Source: the human T2T-CHM13v2.0 reference genome, Homo sapiens
NCBI RefSeq assembly: GCF_009914755.1
Contig: NC_060926.1
Length of the DNA: 64,000 nt
Strand: one strand, 5' to 3'
Below the pieces are notes generated by a model. That model was not told the origin of the DNA. It searched no databases and saw only the letters and a program-made list of their open reading frames with translations. Below, piece by piece: positions 21,622 to 42,003 of the stretch. A program made the position numbers and the translations under genes. Position 1 is the first letter of the stretch. Every line of letters starts with the position of its first letter.

Positions 21622-22513
21622 GTATGGCTTGGTTGGGTGGCCTGGCAGTTGGAGTCGAGCAAGGGTGGAAACTGATGATATGTTTACTTTGCTCCCAAAG
21701 TGCTTCTGCTTTTGCTAAGTAAGGTCTTTAAGGATCTATAGAAAATTGACTAGTGATGCCCTCCTGCTTTCATCATGACCATATTTGGCCTCCCTCACTA
21801 GCGTTCACTGGTGGCTTGCAGGGTGCATGCTGAATCTTATAGCAATAAGGGGTTGTGGCTCCTTTTGCTGCTGGTCTGAGGCAGGGAGAAGTGCTGATTA
21901 TGACAAAATATAGATGGAATTTAGTTTGTAAAACACCCTGTTCCCAGCTGTGAAGGCATTTGTTAGGACAGGGTGACAGTCTTTTACCTTTTATGATGTG
22001 CATTTATCTGGTGGGCACATCTTACATTGCTGCTGCTGGACCACAGGGAGAAAGTGGCTTACCCTGGACTGTGTAGTGTACTTCATTAGCAGAGCTGGAG
22101 TAAGATTTTCAACCCTAGGGTTTTCTGTCTGTTACCTAAGTGAAAAATCTCAAAAAGCTTCTTCCCCTTATCTCCCCCTTCCTGATACAAAATTTCTTGA
22201 TTATCTCATTTGTTTCCACTGCTTGTCTCTGTTTCCAGCCTTATGACTAAGGAGTCTTCCCTTTGCAATGTGTGTGGGTCACTCCTACTTCCCCCTTTTT
22301 AGTGGATTTGTTAATTGGGCAGCTCATAATACCACCAGATTCAAAATTGTGTTGAAATGAGGCAGCATTTATTTCCTACACATCTTCCATTAGAAAGAAT
22401 ATTGAACCTGATGATATTCTTAGCCCTAAATTGGAGTTTTTACAAATGAGAGGGGGCAAATTTTTCAAGATGGGTGTTTGCACCTTGAGAGATGCAGAGA
22501 TGTGAAACCGTAA

Positions 22514-22798
<285 letters not shown>

Positions 22799-23701
22799 TG
22801 AATCACTCCTAGGGACCTCCCCCAGCCTAGAGCTGAAAACAATGGCCTGCAGTCATTCTCAGTTGAACCATGCATGCATCGCTTTATGGGGAAATGATGG
22901 CATTAGCTCCTACAGCTGCTGACATTCCCGCACAGGCTCTGAATGCTGCCTCTTCCAGCAGGCCATTAGAAACTGACAAAACTCCCCATGGCAAATGTTG
23001 AATTGTTTCAAAAAGTACACAGCAACACCACACATAGGGCTGCCACAGGAATGCATCCCCAGCACAGAATGGGGAGTGTTTAAAATAGGGTACTGGCTTC
23101 ATAGAATATATTTTCCCTTCTGTCATTTTATTTATTCTCAGTGTCTCCCCACTTGATAGAGGGGTAAACTGAGACATGGCAGTATAGTAGGTTTGCACAA
23201 AGTCACAGGGCATGTGAAGCCAGCCCAAGGAAGAAGGCTTCCTGACTTGGCCCAGCATTCCTCCTTTGAGCTCAGCCCTTGTTGTAAAGGAGTATAAGAG
23301 GCATCCCTCCATGACCAGGCAGGCCTTGTCAAAGGTGCTGAGGGGGAAGGCTGTTGCCTCTGAACAGGACAGCCCTGGGCCCATCATGCCTGCCTGGTTT
23401 CAGTGCTGCAGCCCAGTGGCTGCCACAGACTCTTCCTCCCCCATTTCAGTGAAACACAGTGGAGGGAGCAAGAGACCCAGAGCCTTCCAAAAGCTTGTTT
23501 TCCTTCCCCAGCTTGGATTGTTGGCCAGAAGGTGAAAACCAGGAGTATGCCCTCCTCGAGCACAGCTCATGGTTGAATTGTTTCTGCCAGGAGAGTTTGA
23601 ACCAGGTCTGAGCCTCATGCAGAAAGGGGCCTTACGGTAGTTTATCAGGAAAGTGAAGCACCTCCTCCTTCCTGTGAAATCACCATCAGAATATTGAGTT
23701 A

Positions 23702-26735
<3,034 letters not shown>

Positions 26736-27083
26736 TAGAGATTTAGAAGTTGAATTATACCTTAACTGACCCTTAGTAGAGAAAGGCTTTGGAGGAAGTG
26801 AGATCTTGGGTGCTATTTCAGTATTGAAATAATGATTTGGAAAGTTCAAAGGGAGAAAACATTTCCAATGTAAATTATAGCGTGAGAGCAGCTTCTTTGT
26901 TGCACTCACAACCATTTCTTTTTCCTAACTCAATGAGCACAGAGAGGGTAAGATGTCAGACACTAAAACAGTGAGGCTGCTTTAGTGATGGTTTGCTGAG
27001 ATGATGCACACTTGCCATCGTGTAGCTCCCTGACACCATGAAATGTGTGGTCTCTCATCTTTATATTCTCTCATCAGCCCTAG

Positions 27084-27389
<306 letters not shown>

Positions 27390-27407
27390 AAGGGGCAAAA
27401 AGAAAAA

Positions 27408-27465
27408 AATAAAAAGCATTTTAAAATCATGGAATTGAAATAAAATAATGTATTTTGTTTTAAAA
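27408..27465 (+). terminator. SMARCAL1: SMARCAL1 polyadenylation signals (very short 3' UTR)
   Basis: AATAAA at 27408-27413 and 27439-27444, followed by U/GU-rich sequence. Confidence 0.8.
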
Positions 27466-27859
27466 CTTTTTGAGCTTCTCTTGCCATTGCAGCAGTGCCT
27501 ATGCCTGTGTCCAGGCTCAGCAGGAGACCAGGCCGAGCATCAGCTTTCCATTCCTGTGTCATTACGTGTGGGCTTGCTTGGGGTCTTAACCTCCGCTCTT
27601 CTGGCTTAGGGATGGACACAGCGAGTTGTAGTAGTGGGTAATTCATGTTCTCTAAAGAATGAGGTCCTTCCTACACAGTCCCCATAATCTAGAATTTTAA
27701 AATTTAGTGACTCAACAAATATTTATAGGGCACCTAATTTGTGCAGGCACTGTCCTAGGTGTTGGTAGTCATTCATCCAACAAAAGACAAAAGCGTGAGC
27801 CTTTGCCGAACTTACGCAGCGGGAGAGGCAATGGTTGTAGGTTCTCTTTTCCAATATAA

Positions 27860-28021
27860 CTCTTCATGGACACTGAAATTTGAATTTTATTAATGTTCAC
27901 GTATCACAAATTATTTTTTTTCTGCCATTTAAAAATGTGAAAACCATTCCTTGTTTACCAGCTGTACAGAAACAGACAGTGGGCTGGAAGTTGTCCACTG
28001 CCCATAGTTTGCCAATCCCTG
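27860..28021 (+). mobile_element. hAT-Charlie MITE fragment (MER58B-like 3' end)
   Basis: CCATTTAAAAATGTGAAAACCATT...CATAGTTTGCCAATCCCTG terminal sequence. Confidence 0.7.
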
Positions 28022-28029
28022 GTTTAGAG

Positions 28030-28893
<864 letters not shown>

Positions 28894-28904
28894 GTTTAGA
28901 GAGT

Positions 28905-30460
28905 GATGAGGGAGTAGGATGTCATGTGGGGAAGAGCAATAGTTGATCATGTTGAGGAGAGGGACAGAATGATGCAGGGCTGATAGGCCACAGTAAGGAA
29001 TCTGGGTTTAATTCTGAGTATGAATGGGAGCCACCAAATGGCTTTGAGCAGACATATGAGGCGATCTGATTGTATATAAATGAAAATATTTTTTAAACTT
29101 ATATGTATCTTTTAAACAGAGACACAGCATCTCATTATGTTGCCCAGACTGGTCTCAAATTCCTGGCCTCAAGTGATCCTACTGCCTTGGCCTCCCAAAG
29201 TGCTGGGACTACAGGTGTGAGCCACTGCACCTGGCCCTTTTTTATTTTTTAAAAATATAATCAGGCCCAACATAGCAACACCCTGTCTCTATTTAATAAA
29301 ATAAAATAAAAAATATTTCACGCCAATGCATGTGCAGAAAATAGAGCAAGAAAAGTGGGCAGGGGTAACGCTTAGGTAGGAAGCTATGGAGCTACTGCGA
29401 TTATCCGTGGGGTTGGTGCTGGGGTGTGGCTGAGTATGGGTCGAACCATGGAGGAGATGAGAAGTGGTTGGGTTCTGGACGTATTCTGAAGGGAGCGATG
29501 GAAGGATATGTGTAGATAGATTGATCAAGGGGCATTTGTGGAAGAGAGGCTGGGACTTTGGTTTTGGCCTGAGCAAAGTGGTAAGAGAAGAAAGAGTGGG
29601 AAGGGGACACTGGGGAGCCAGGTAAAATCAAGGGTTTGGTTATGGACTTGTTGAATTTGAAATGGCTGGGAGATAATCTAGCAAACTTGGAGACACCCCA
29701 CCCAGATCCCCTTCAAGGAGGGACTTGCTCAGCTGTGGGGAGTGAAGTTGGTAGATGGCTTCCACCTGGCCACAACTGGCCTGCAGAAAGCCACTTTGTC
29801 TGAGGTCACACCCTTCTTAAGGCAGCTTGCATCCATGACTGAGCAAGTCGGGGCACAAAGGCTGGGCCACTTTGGCCTGATGCGGGGCACCTCTGATGAA
29901 ATACTTAACATTGTGTTACAAGTGCCTGCATATTCAGTACAGTAACATGCTATACAGGTTTGTAGCCTAGGAGCAATAGGCTAGGCCATATAGCCCAGGA
30001 ACTATGTCCTGGGCAGTATTCGCTGCAGAGCTCCCTGCTCCCTTCCCCCTGCTCCCTGCTGGATTGTCTAAGGTTCCCACAGGCCTATATCACAGTTCAC
30101 CTCTTCCCCCTGCCAAATAGGCCTCCAGCCCCTTCCTTTCACAGGTGTTAATCCCTAATAGATTATCTTGTGCCCCAAACTCTGTCTTGGTGTCTGTTTC
30201 TGGGAAACCCACACAATCTAACAAGATCCAAGTGGAGATGTTCTGCAGGCAGTTAGATGTGTGAGTCTTCACACTGTGGAAACGTCAGAGAAAGAGCTGT
30301 GGATTCTGCCCTAGCATGAGCTGAATGAGGTCACTGAACGGGTAAGAGTGGCTTCTGAAGAAAAGCAGTTCTGACTGACCCCCACAAATTGCAACATAGA
30401 GACAACGATTGGGCAGGGAAGTAAATGAGGAAGAAAATCAGAATGGGTGCCCAGGAATGG
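28905..30460 (-). mobile_element. L2 LINE fragment interrupted by an Alu monomer and an LTR
   Basis: GGCCACAGTAAGGAATCTGGGTTTAATTCT...TTGAATTTGAAATG / ATCCAAGTGGAGATGTT...GGCAGTTAGAT typical antisense L2. Confidence 0.7.
29677..30223 (+). mobile_element. ERVL-type solo LTR (LTR33-like) containing an about 113-bp foreign insert
   Basis: CCCAGATCCCCTTCAAGG...CTTTCACAGGTGTTAATCCCTAATA...CCCCAAACTCTGTCTTGGTGTCTGTTTCTGGGAAACCC. Confidence 0.65.
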
Positions 30461-30473
30461 GAGTTTTTGGGGT

Positions 30474-30767
30474 TTCTTGTTTGTTTGCTTTTTGAGACAG
30501 AGTCTCACTCTGTTGCACAGGCTGGAGTGCAGTGGCACGATCTCGGCTCATGGCATCCTCCGCCTCCAGGCGATTCTTCTGCCTCAGCCTCCAGAGTAGC
30601 TGGGATTACAGGTGTCTGCCACCACCCTCAGCTAATTTTGTATTTTTAGTAGAGATGGGGTTTCACCATGTTGGCCAGGCTAGTCTCGAACTCCTGACCT
30701 CAAGTGATTCACCCGCCTCAGCCTCCCAATCTACTGGGATTACAGGCGTGAGCCCCGGTGCCCAGCC
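30474..30767 (-). mobile_element. Alu (S)
   Basis: TSD CAGGAATGGGAGTTTTT on both sides. Confidence 0.92.
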
Positions 30768-32124
30768 AGGAATGGGAGTTTTTTAAAGTATTTTACCAAG
30801 GAAGGAGCTGCTGCTCTGACTGGTCTTACAGAAAGACAGTGAGCCAGATGTACGTTAGAGTTTAGAGTTAGCGCAATTTTCACAACAGCAATGAAAGATG
30901 CCTAATTTGTCTGACGTCATGGTGTGTGGATTTGTTAGACTTAAATTGTTTTCACTATTCAGTACTTACTAGGTGCCAGGCACTGGACTAAGTGCTTTAC
31001 ATAAATTGTCACACTTAATGCAATCTTGGAGGAAGGTAGTGATATTTTGATTGTGCAGGTGGAGAAACTGAGCCAAGAAATGTTACAAATTGCTCAAGTC
31101 CAGCTAAGAAGTGGCAGAGCAGAACCAGCAACCAGGCCACCCCACCCCTAGAGCCCACCCATAGGTGTGCTGTTCCCCAGCAGGAGACCCAGTGGTGCCC
31201 TGGTGGTCTGTTAGCTGAGTTTGGTGCATGACTCCCTTCCTGAAGGGCTTGGCCCTGGCTGGAAGTCTGTCTCTGCGGTCCACCAGCTGGCTCTCTGCAA
31301 CAGAGAACAGGAAGACACTGGAATGCACCACTTTCTTATCCTTTTTAGTTCCCTTTCCTGAGTTTCTCAACAACTCCAGTTGACAGAGTAGATCTTTTGA
31401 GGACACCTAACCCCCCTCACTGTTGTTCAGGGTGGGGTCGGGGGAGGCTTCCTGACACTTCAGCACAGCTGGGACTGGGGTATCCATGTCCTGCGTAAGG
31501 AAGGCTCTGGCCTCAGGAAATGAGTGAAGATGATCACCTTGTTTCATGGCGTGTGGCTGCTGTGCTTCCAATTGGTCACTGTGTCAAGCTGCCGGCTGCT
31601 CCTTGGGCCAGATCTCTCCCAGAAGGCCCGGTCTAAGCATCTAAGTGGCATCAGTTGCTTCTCCCAGCTTGCTGAGGAGGACTGTGGGTTAACCGTTGAG
31701 TCTGCTTTCCACTGCCTTATCCTGCCATGAGGAGCTCTGCTGTGGCCCCAGATCTCCATAAATAACTAGGCCTTTGGTCTCCTCGTTACCTGCTGAAATG
31801 AAAATCCAGGCCCAAAGGCCGGGAGAGAATGTCTTGTCTTGGCTTTCCTTTGGGCCACCTGAATTTTCTTAAATCTTCTCACTCCTAGCTGTCTGTTTTA
31901 ATTTTGTTAGATATACCACTTTGACATTTGACTATTATAACAGTGACTTGTATCTTGTCAGAAACTTCCAGAGGACAAATGTTGGCTCTATCTAAATTTT
32001 ATTATGATTTTGTCCAAATCAGGTACTCAGTTTTCTAAGAGCAAAAAACAGAGCAGCGGCTGCAGTTTTGTCTAGTAAGCTATACTACACCCCCTTGTGA
32101 GTGGTTGCTCTGAAAAGCCAATTA

Positions 32125-32520
32125 TAGTCATTCACCACATAACAACTTTTGGTCAACAATGGGCTGCATGTGCCATGGTGGTCCCTTAAGATTATAATGG
32201 AGCTGGAAAATTCCTATTGCCTAGTGTCTGTCATAGCCATTGTAATGCTGTAGCACAATGCATTACCTCTCCTATGTTTAGATATGTTTAGATACAAAAA
32301 CACTTACCATTGTGTTACAAGTGCCTACATATTCAGTACAGTAACATGCTATACAGGTTTGTAGCCTAGGAGCAATAGGCTAGACCATATAGCCCAGGTG
32401 TTTACTGGATGCTACTATCTAGGTTAGTGTAAGTACACTCTGTGAGGTTCGTGCAATGAAAAAATTGCCTAACGACAAATTTCTCAGAATGTATCCTGGT
32501 TATTAAGTGATGCTTGACTG
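32125..32520 (+). mobile_element. Tigger3-family (TcMar) non-autonomous DNA transposon
   Basis: TA|TAGTCATTCACCACATAAC...TTAAGTGATGCTTGACTG|TA termini with TA TSD; internal GTAGCCTAGGAGCAATAGGCTA. Confidence 0.85.
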
Positions 32521-33238
32521 TACATCACCTCATGGCTATTGCCCTTGGAGGTTTATAACTGGCAATGGACCCAGAGATCAATGCAGGTATGGAGAAGCAC
32601 GAAGTCATTCACGTCGTGTGTGGCGTGATGGGAGGTGATCCAATGGGGACAGACCCTGTATGAAAAGAAATGCTAAAATTGTACATAAATTTTGCCCACA
32701 TGTTGTTTGCATGGATTTTTGCAGTCTTAGGGGTCTTGTCAATCGAAACAACACAGTCACTTCATTAGGGAAAAATCTTTGGAATAAGTCAAGGCCCAGG
32801 AAGCAGAAAGGATTTTGGATCACAGGCAGATCTTGAGAGAACTTCAGGAAGGAATATTTCTTCCTCACCTGCCCCAGTGCCCATCCAAAGCCTCTGCTCT
32901 GTGTATCTGAATCACATGACTTGAGAAACATGAAGGAGCCCTCACCCGGGCCCTGTGGACATCTCCCAAGATGCTTCCACCTGTCTGCTATTCACTCAGC
33001 CCCCACCAGAGTTTTGGTGCAGCTTTTCTGTGGGCTCTATGGACTTGGATCTCTTAGGATCTCATTCTCTATTTCCATTAACAGTTTCTCCTCTAGGAAG
33101 GTGGTTAGGATACAATGGGTATATGGGGTGTAATACAATGGTTATGCTTTGAAAATAAAAGTGAATGTACAGGTGATTTTAGAGACATTCATACCCAGTG
33201 TTGCTATGGAGAATCACTGATCATCATTAAATTACTAA

Positions 33239-33670
<432 letters not shown>

Positions 33671-34913
33671 TAAAACCATTATTTGTCTGTAGTCTTAGTA
33701 AATATGGCCTCCATCTGAGGCCTCTAGTTGAACCTCAGTTTTAGCTGTTCTGGAGAAAAACGAACTCTCTCTTTGAGATGTCCCTGAGGTCCTCCAAAGC
33801 AAATTTTATTTATACCATGTAGCCTATTTTAAGTTAGACCATCCCATATGTACTCTGAAATTTGTTAAGAGTCACCTAACCAGTTCTGTATAATTCAGCA
33901 AAAGACACTTGGACTTATTTATATAGAGAGTGAATACCACTGGGTTTAAAGTGGTATTAATATTTCCACACTAACTCCTTTTCCTCCTTCATTTCACAGC
34001 ACAGTCCAGACCCCCAGAACTGTGTTTTCTGGAAGCGTCAACTGAAATGAAGAAAATCTAGGCCCATCTCCTCCCACTCTTGTCCCTGCCATCAATTGTA
34101 CCCTTACAGGATTTTACTAGAAGTCCCCTCTGGCCCATGGAGCTGGTCTCTGCCTTCCCTCACCAGGGTCACTAAGTGGTATCTTGTTTCCTGAGTGATC
34201 CTGGTTGATTTCTGCCTCTAGGGCTGGCATCAAGGAAACCTCTAAGAGGCAGCAAAGAATCCTGTTAGTCTTGATCCACTTGTGCTTGAATTAATCATGT
34301 CTTTTTCCTTCTTGGCTTCAGAGGAGCCTTTTTCTAGATCAGTGGGAGAGCTGAGAAATTGAGCAGGAGGTGTCATCCCCACACCACTGGCTCTGAGGTG
34401 TTGTCTTGTCTGTTCGTTCTCGTCTGTTAGAACCTCAACGCTTTTTGAAGTTCTATCCTCTTTTTTGCAAAGGGGAGAGAATGAAGTCCAACCTTATATT
34501 TACTCCATCCTCCCACTTCTCACCAAGTTCAGAATTATCAACATAAAAAGTGGCTCGGAAGTTTAAAGAGGGTTAATTGGAGAAGTCTCTTCTACCTGTG
34601 TTTTGTTTTGGTTTTGTGTTTTCCTGTGCAGTCTCAGTGAAGGAAATGAATTCCTGACCATAGCAGAAAGCATTAAGAAGCCTGTGAGTCACAGTCTTTT
34701 GGGCATTATGACAATCAACAGTTATCTGATTTTGCAAGATCCTCTGCACACATTTCTCTCCCACCCCCTATTCAACAGATTTTGAGGCTCTTTTTCTCTT
34801 TTTTAACTCCTTTTTTTGGGGGCAAAATATAATATACAGAACAGTTCATAAAACAATTTAGTTTAACAAAATATTTTAAAATACACATCCATGTAACCAT
34901 GACCCCAAGGTTA

Positions 34914-35290
<377 letters not shown>

Positions 35291-35511
35291 TAGTATGTTG
35301 CAGAAGCTTTTGTGTTTTGCCGTTAATGTTTAGATCTACAATCCACCTGCAGTTTATTTTTGTATATGGGGTGAGGTAAGGCCAAGGTTAATTTTTTCCA
35401 TATGAATATGCAGTTAGCTCGGCACCACTTATGGAAAAGACGGTCCTTCCACCTACTGCTCTGCAGTGCCTTCTTTCCAATATTATGAACTGGATGTAAA
35501 AATACATCTAA

Positions 35512-35825
<314 letters not shown>

Positions 35826-36172
35826 TCAAAAATAAGAGTCCTGCATTCTCCTCCCTCCCTCCCTCAGCCCTACCTCCTAGAAGTAATAACTAAATAATTT
35901 GAGATAAAGCCATTTGTAATTTATCTCTATGCATACAAATATATGTAAAATACACATAGAATCTGTTTTTACAAAAACTGTATCAAATTCTTCATACTGA
36001 AAATGACTCACTTCACATGATGTACTTGGCCATTGTTTCATATTGATCTACCCATTAAATTATGATTTATTTATTTATTTATTTATTTATTGAGACAGAG
36101 TCTGTCTCTGTCGCCCAGGCTTGAGTGCAATGGTGCGATCTCAGCTCATTGCAACCTCCGCCTCCTGCTACT

Positions 36173-36593
36173 CGTTAAATTAAGCTTAACCCAGTGCTGC
36201 CTTGTTACATATTTTAAAGTCCGCCTAAAGGTTTCTCTGTGCAGAGTGAACTATAACCTAACTAGATTGGTAAACAGACTGGGACCCACTCTTGTAACAA
36301 GTAGCCAAGTCTCAGGCAATTACCGCAGCCATATGTCAGCCAATCACAGGTGGCCAACCGTTCACACTGTGTTCAAATAAGGCAAATATGCAACCAATCC
36401 AGCTCTTTCTGTCCTCACTTCCCTTTTCTGTATGTTACTTTCTTTGTTCTGTCCATAAATGTGAACCAACCATGTGGCAACCCTGGAGCTGCTCCGGACC
36501 TCTTCTGGTTGTGGGGGCTGTCCAATTCACAAATCATTCTTTGCTTAATTAAACTCTGTTAAATTTAATTTGTTGAAAGTTTTCCTTTTAACA
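36173..36593 (+). mobile_element. ERV1 solo LTR (MER57B-like), preceded by a 5'-truncated Alu (about 36064-36167, -)
   Basis: (T>C)GTTAAATTAAG...TTTCCTTTTAACA termini; several CCAAT boxes; ATTAAA polyA signal; TACT/TACC flanks. Confidence 0.8.
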
Positions 36594-38170
36594 TACCTTA
36601 TCCCACTTAAGAGTTGCCAAGTAACTACTCCAGTCTTTATGTGTGCACTTCCTGTGTAAATGCTCTGTGACGGGTCCATTAATAACTAGAACGAGTTTAA
36701 ATGGAATTTGAGGGGAGAAGGAGGAAAGGAAAGAGGGGTTGCCTGAGTCAATTTCCCACACTCTTATTCTTTCGGGGCATCCAGGACTGCCTTGGAGGGC
36801 CTCACCTTTCCTGCTGGGTCAGCTCTTGCCTGTGGCTCTGGCCTCACGGGACTCTCAACAATGCTGTGCAGGCCCCACTCTTGTCTGTGGCCCCCAGGGG
36901 CTTTGTGGAGAGCAGGCTCTCTTGAGGCATGAAGTGAAGGAACCACGCCCCAATAAACCCTTTCTGTCTCCAGCACAAGATGAATTTGGAATGATGCTTG
37001 CACCTCAGATTTCTTTCAAGAATAAAATGTTCCATATGCCCCAAGAGAACTGGTTAACAGCTACAAGAACTCCTCTCTGGAGGTGACTTTTAACTTATTT
37101 ATTTTTCTAAAGGCAAAGAGTGAATGTTGAGGGCTCCTTAAGAGCAGAGGTGAGCCAGCAGTGATTTTTACTGAGTCTTTTATGGGGACACATTATAGTT
37201 AACATTCTCCACACCGGATGGTACTCTAATAGGGATGGAAATTTATGAGCCCACAGAAAAGACAAATTGAGACTTTAGGAGAGGGCCGATTCTCTGAAGT
37301 CACTCAGAGCTGATTTCATGAGTGCTATTTGTACATCCTCAAGCTTGCTATTTAAAGATAATTGTTCAGTTTTGACAAAATTGCTCTGAACATGAACAAT
37401 TTCCTCCTATTATGGAGTGTCTCATTTTCAGCCGCTTACTGCATTCCTACTCATGCATTCCCTCTTCTCTTGCTCTCTCTCTCAGACCCCCCTGAAGGCC
37501 AGAGACGTAGGAGGCTCTGCAGCGGAGGGCGTGGGGGAGGCAGCACATTTGCTAAATGATGATCTGAATTAGGCTCTAGTGCCAGCCCAGGATGGCTCAC
37601 CTCAGCTCTGCCTGGACTGCCCCAGCATGAAGCTGACTCACCCACTCCCCAGCTCAATTGAGCACCATCCTGTGTGGCCAAGAGGCACAGTCTGAAAAGG
37701 GAGGATCATGGTGAGCATTTGTTTAAGACTCCTTCCACTAGTCTCCTTTGTTTGTATCAACATGGATATATTTTTGTTTTAATTTATAGTTTTCTGGAGG
37801 CAGGCATTGCTTGGGTGGAGAGCTTTCCAGATAACATCCCTGAAATGCAGTGCATTTCCCTTCTGAGGGAAGAGGGACTTGTTCCCTTGGCCCCTTGCCA
37901 TCTTCCACCCTAACCTATGGGGGCAGAGGGTGCATGAGGCCTGTGGTGGAAGAGAAACATCTTGGGCACATCTCACTCCCTTTGTGGGCCTCAAGCGGCA
38001 TCAGTTACCATGACTGTAGTGGTTTCATTGTGTCCAAGCTAAAGAAATTAAGGAGAAAAGAGATGGGCATATTTTTAAGGGAAAGAAGAAGGCAGATCTT
38101 CTGTACTTCCTTGAGTATGGCAGAAGAGGAGAGAGGATTGAAAAGGCAGAAAGAGATGTTGAAATCAGGT

Positions 38171-38192
38171 AGCAGCAGCAGCAGCAGCAGCA
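38171..38192. repeat. (AGC)7 trinucleotide repeat
   Basis: AGCAGCAGCAGCAGCAGCAGCA. Confidence 0.9.
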
Positions 38193-38684
38193 TCTCAACA
38201 AACATACTGGCCACTATTTTAAAATGTTCACTAGACACTTCATGGAAGTTATTTTATCTTCCTGAGACCCTTTATTGTACAGTATACTCATTTTGCAGCT
38301 GCGGAAAGAGACTTAGAGACTTGAATCATGTGATACAGTGGAGCGAACACACGTTTATGTGTCACTTAATGGCTATGTGACCTTGGGCAAGTCATTTGAC
38401 CCCCCGGGCCTCAGTTTCCAGTTTGGGCTACATTATCTCTAAAGCCTTTTTCAGTTCTGACATAACTGGACTGACTTTACAAAGCAGAGAAACCCAAACA
38501 CATGAAACGCTTCATATACCCATCACCATTATACCATGCAAGGTAACAATCCCCCATTCAACAGACATTACTGCTGACACGTCAGGCTCTTGTATAGGTC
38601 CTGGGATGCAGAGGTGAACAACACAAGCCCTGTCCTCATGGAATTGACTTGTGGTGACCTCCTTGGGTGGTGGTGGTGGTTGTT

Positions 38685-40630
<1,946 letters not shown>

Positions 40631-41189
40631 GGTTTTTTTTTTAATGGTAGTTTTTTTAGATTATAAAAGAAACACATGCTCATTATAAAAGATAATTAGA
40701 AAATGCAAAAAATGTATGCAAAAATCAATTTGACTATTCCCACTATCCACTACTTTTTGCTTTTTCTCCTCCTTGAATTTACACAGCCAGAGCTGGAATA
40801 ACAGATTGGGGAGGATAAAGAGACAACTACCTTTATTCCACAAAATTGTGCAAGATGTGCTGACATAAAGCACATGGTGGGTCACTGCCCCAGTGGCACT
40901 CAAAGTCTGGAAGCTCTTCCTGGAATCATAGGAGGGAAGAACTGGACAGGACCTTGAAGACCACCTGGTCCAGCTCCTTGTAAATAAAGATGGTGGCTGC
41001 TGGGAGGTGGGGAGGTGGTTCTCCATGTGGGGACTGTGGCTTACCTAAAGTCAAACCACAAGGTAGTTACAGATCCTGGCCCAGACTGAGTGCCAGGGAC
41101 CTGATTTTAATTCAACTATGTTTTCTGATGTGCTTTTTCAGTGCACTAAATATTATGATTTGGCGTAGTACAAGCTAGCAATTAGGAGA

Positions 41190-41555
41190 ACTAACTTTGG
41201 GATCAGACAGACCAGATTTGAGTTCTAATTGCTGTGTGACATTGAGCAAGTTTCTTAACTTCCCTGAGATGAGTTTCTTTTTTCTTTCTTTTTTTGTTTT
41301 TGTTTTGAGAAAGGATCTCACTCTGTTGTCCAGGTTGGAGTGAAATGGTGTGATCATAGCTCACTGTAACCTCTGAACTCCTGGGCTCAAGCAATCCTCA
41401 CGTTTCAGCCTTTTGAGCAGCTAGAACCACAGATGTGTGTCACCATACCTGGCCTATTATTTTTTTGTGTGTGTGGAGATGGGGTCTCGCTATATTGTCC
41501 AGGCTGCCTAGAACTCCTGGTCTCAAAGAATCTTTTCCAAGAGAGACTCTGTCTC

Positions 41556-41586
<31 letters not shown>

Positions 41587-42003
41587 AAAAGAAAAAAGAA
41601 AGAAAAGTATATAATAACTTGTCAGAGGTCCCACAGCTGGTAAATAGCAGAGTTCTGTTTTGAACCCATACTGAATCCAGAGCCTCTAAGTTCCTAATCA
41701 TTACATGAGACTTCCTCTCTTTTTCTTAGTAATGAAGATAATAATCATTCCTATCATAAAGGATAATGGAAAATTAAATGAGAACATCCACATAAAATAC
41801 TCAGTGCCTACCATGTGTTACCCTCCAACAATTGTAACCATATGAAGTACATAGCTGTTTGCAAGTTGCTTTGATTTGATTTGATTCATATATATTTTTT
41901 GAGACAGAGTCTCACTCTGTTGTCCAGGCTGGACTGCAGTGGCGTGATGACAGCTTACTGCAGCCTCAACCTCCCAGGCTCAAATGATCTTCCCACCTCA
42001 GCC
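41190..42003. repeat. MIR fragments and Alu pieces (about 41275-41530 -, 41538-41605 +, 41877-42003 -)
   Basis: MIR core TGTGTGACATTGAGCAAGTTTCTTAACTT; Alu text. Confidence 0.75.

Noticed and set aside
22884-23387. 167-aa antisense ORF in intron 17
   Set aside because: No domain-like features, promoter or splice support.
37850-38380. 176-aa ORF with poly-Ser
   Set aside because: Poly-Ser comes from the (AGC)7 microsatellite and the 3' part is MIR-like; no homology recognisable.
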